A stretch of 32,000 nucleotides of DNA from Thermococcus kodakarensis KOD1. Lineage in GTDB: Archaea > Methanobacteriota_B > Thermococci > Thermococcales > Thermococcaceae. A program made the translations under genes and the position numbers. Shown in pieces: positions 31,534 through 32,000 of this stretch. The notes under the pieces were generated by a model. It did not search any database. It was not told the origin of the DNA and saw only the letters and a list, made by a program, of their open reading frames with translations. Where the stretch lies: assembly GCF_000009965.1 (NCBI RefSeq), contig NC_006624.1:1740001-1772000 (forward strand), in the 5' to 3' direction. The first letter of the stretch is position 1, and each line of letters begins with the position of its first letter.

Positions 31534-32000
31534 AGTCTATCGCGACGAGAAGTGGGAAGTCCTCCACCTCAAGCACCCAAACTGCCTCCGGAATTCCGAG
31601 CTCGTCGAGCCAGTAAACGTCAACTACCCTCTTCACGCTCTCCGCCGCAAGAGAGCCAGCCCCTCCAGTGAAGGCGAAGTAGACGGCCCTCCCAACGAAA
31701 GGCCCGACCTCCATGCCGCCCTTTCCTATTATTCCCCTGACGCCGAGGGACAGAATTTCGTCGAGGTATCGGTTCATCCTCGCGCTCGTCGTTGGGCCCG
31801 CTGAGACGACTTTCCATCCGTCCTCCTTTCTTCTGACCACCGGGCCGCAGTGGTAGATTACTGCGCCTTCAAGCTCGAAGGGAAGCTTCCCCTTCTTCGA
31901 GAGCTCCAGAATCTTCCTGTGGGCCGCGTCTCGTGCAGTATAAATCCTTCCCGAAAGGTAAACGACGTCGCCCGCTCTAAGCTCCAGGACTTCCTCGCCC
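31508..32000 (-). CDS. Class I (Fe-S) fumarate hydratase / tartrate dehydratase beta subunit, 5'-truncated by the window end
   Basis: The frame is open from 31999 down to the stop at 31508. It translates as [32 protein letters not shown]...VIYHCGPVV...GPTTSARM...IIGKGGM, the beta-subunit signature. Track start 31840 is an internal GTG. Confidence 0.85.
   Translation of the reverse strand, partial: GEEVLELRAGDVVYLSGRIYTARDAAHRKILELSKKGKLPFELEGAVIYHCGPVVRRKEDGWKVVSAGPTTSARMNRYLDEILSLGVRGIIGKGGMEVGPFVGRAVYFAFTGGAGSLAAESVKRVVDVYWLDELGIPEAVWVLEVEDFPLLVAIDSRGNSLYR

Noticed and set aside
1-32000. I looked for CRISPR arrays, IS elements or transposases, integrases, restriction-modification systems and known defence genes.
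   Set aside because: I saw no regularly spaced direct repeats and no ORF with recognisable motifs of those families. The only PIN-domain gene is the conserved Fcf1-like one next to aIF2-gamma, not a VapBC pair.

Overview
The window looks like a chromosomal segment from a hyperthermophilic euryarchaeon, most likely Thermococcales (Thermococcus-like). Supporting evidence: a three-gene RPA41/RPA14/RPA32 operon, a 5S rRNA gene followed 8 nt later by tRNA-Asp, aIF2-gamma, S6e, Sec61-beta, DGGGP synthase, A/T-rich TATA boxes about 25-40 nt upstream of starts, GGTGA-type Shine-Dalgarno motifs, and very dense coding with 4-nt ATGA overlaps. I call 37 protein genes, one 5S rRNA and two tRNAs. I found no CRISPR array, transposase, integrase or recognisable defence gene. 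Many 5' ends in the ORF track are over-extended, either through TTG/GTG read-in or by running antisense into a neighbouring gene. I re-set those starts where an ATG/GTG sits 4-8 nt after a GGTGA/GGAGG motif or about 26 nt after a TATA box. Most of the window is housekeeping: translation, replication, RNA modification and lipid synthesis. The parts worth a second look are listed here. (1) A KaiC-like double-RecA ATPase is translationally coupled to two small helical proteins that are paralogous to each other, and it is bracketed by two paralogous HEAT/ARM-like proteins interleaved with RNA methyltransferases. (2) A lower-GC four-gene ABC-2 operon carries two ectodomain proteins with a TM helix at each end. 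(3) A clearly low-GC two-gene cassette of unknown secreted or anchored proteins, plus two small 4-TM proteins, lies between aIF2-gamma and S6e. (4) The same ~28-nt stem-loop trailer follows both convergent tRNA genes, which flank an unusually long 320-nt non-coding spacer. (5) A protein with a CdvA-like architecture (PRC-barrel-like domain plus coiled coil). All functional interpretation of the unknown proteins is inference from sequence features only. No database search was possible.
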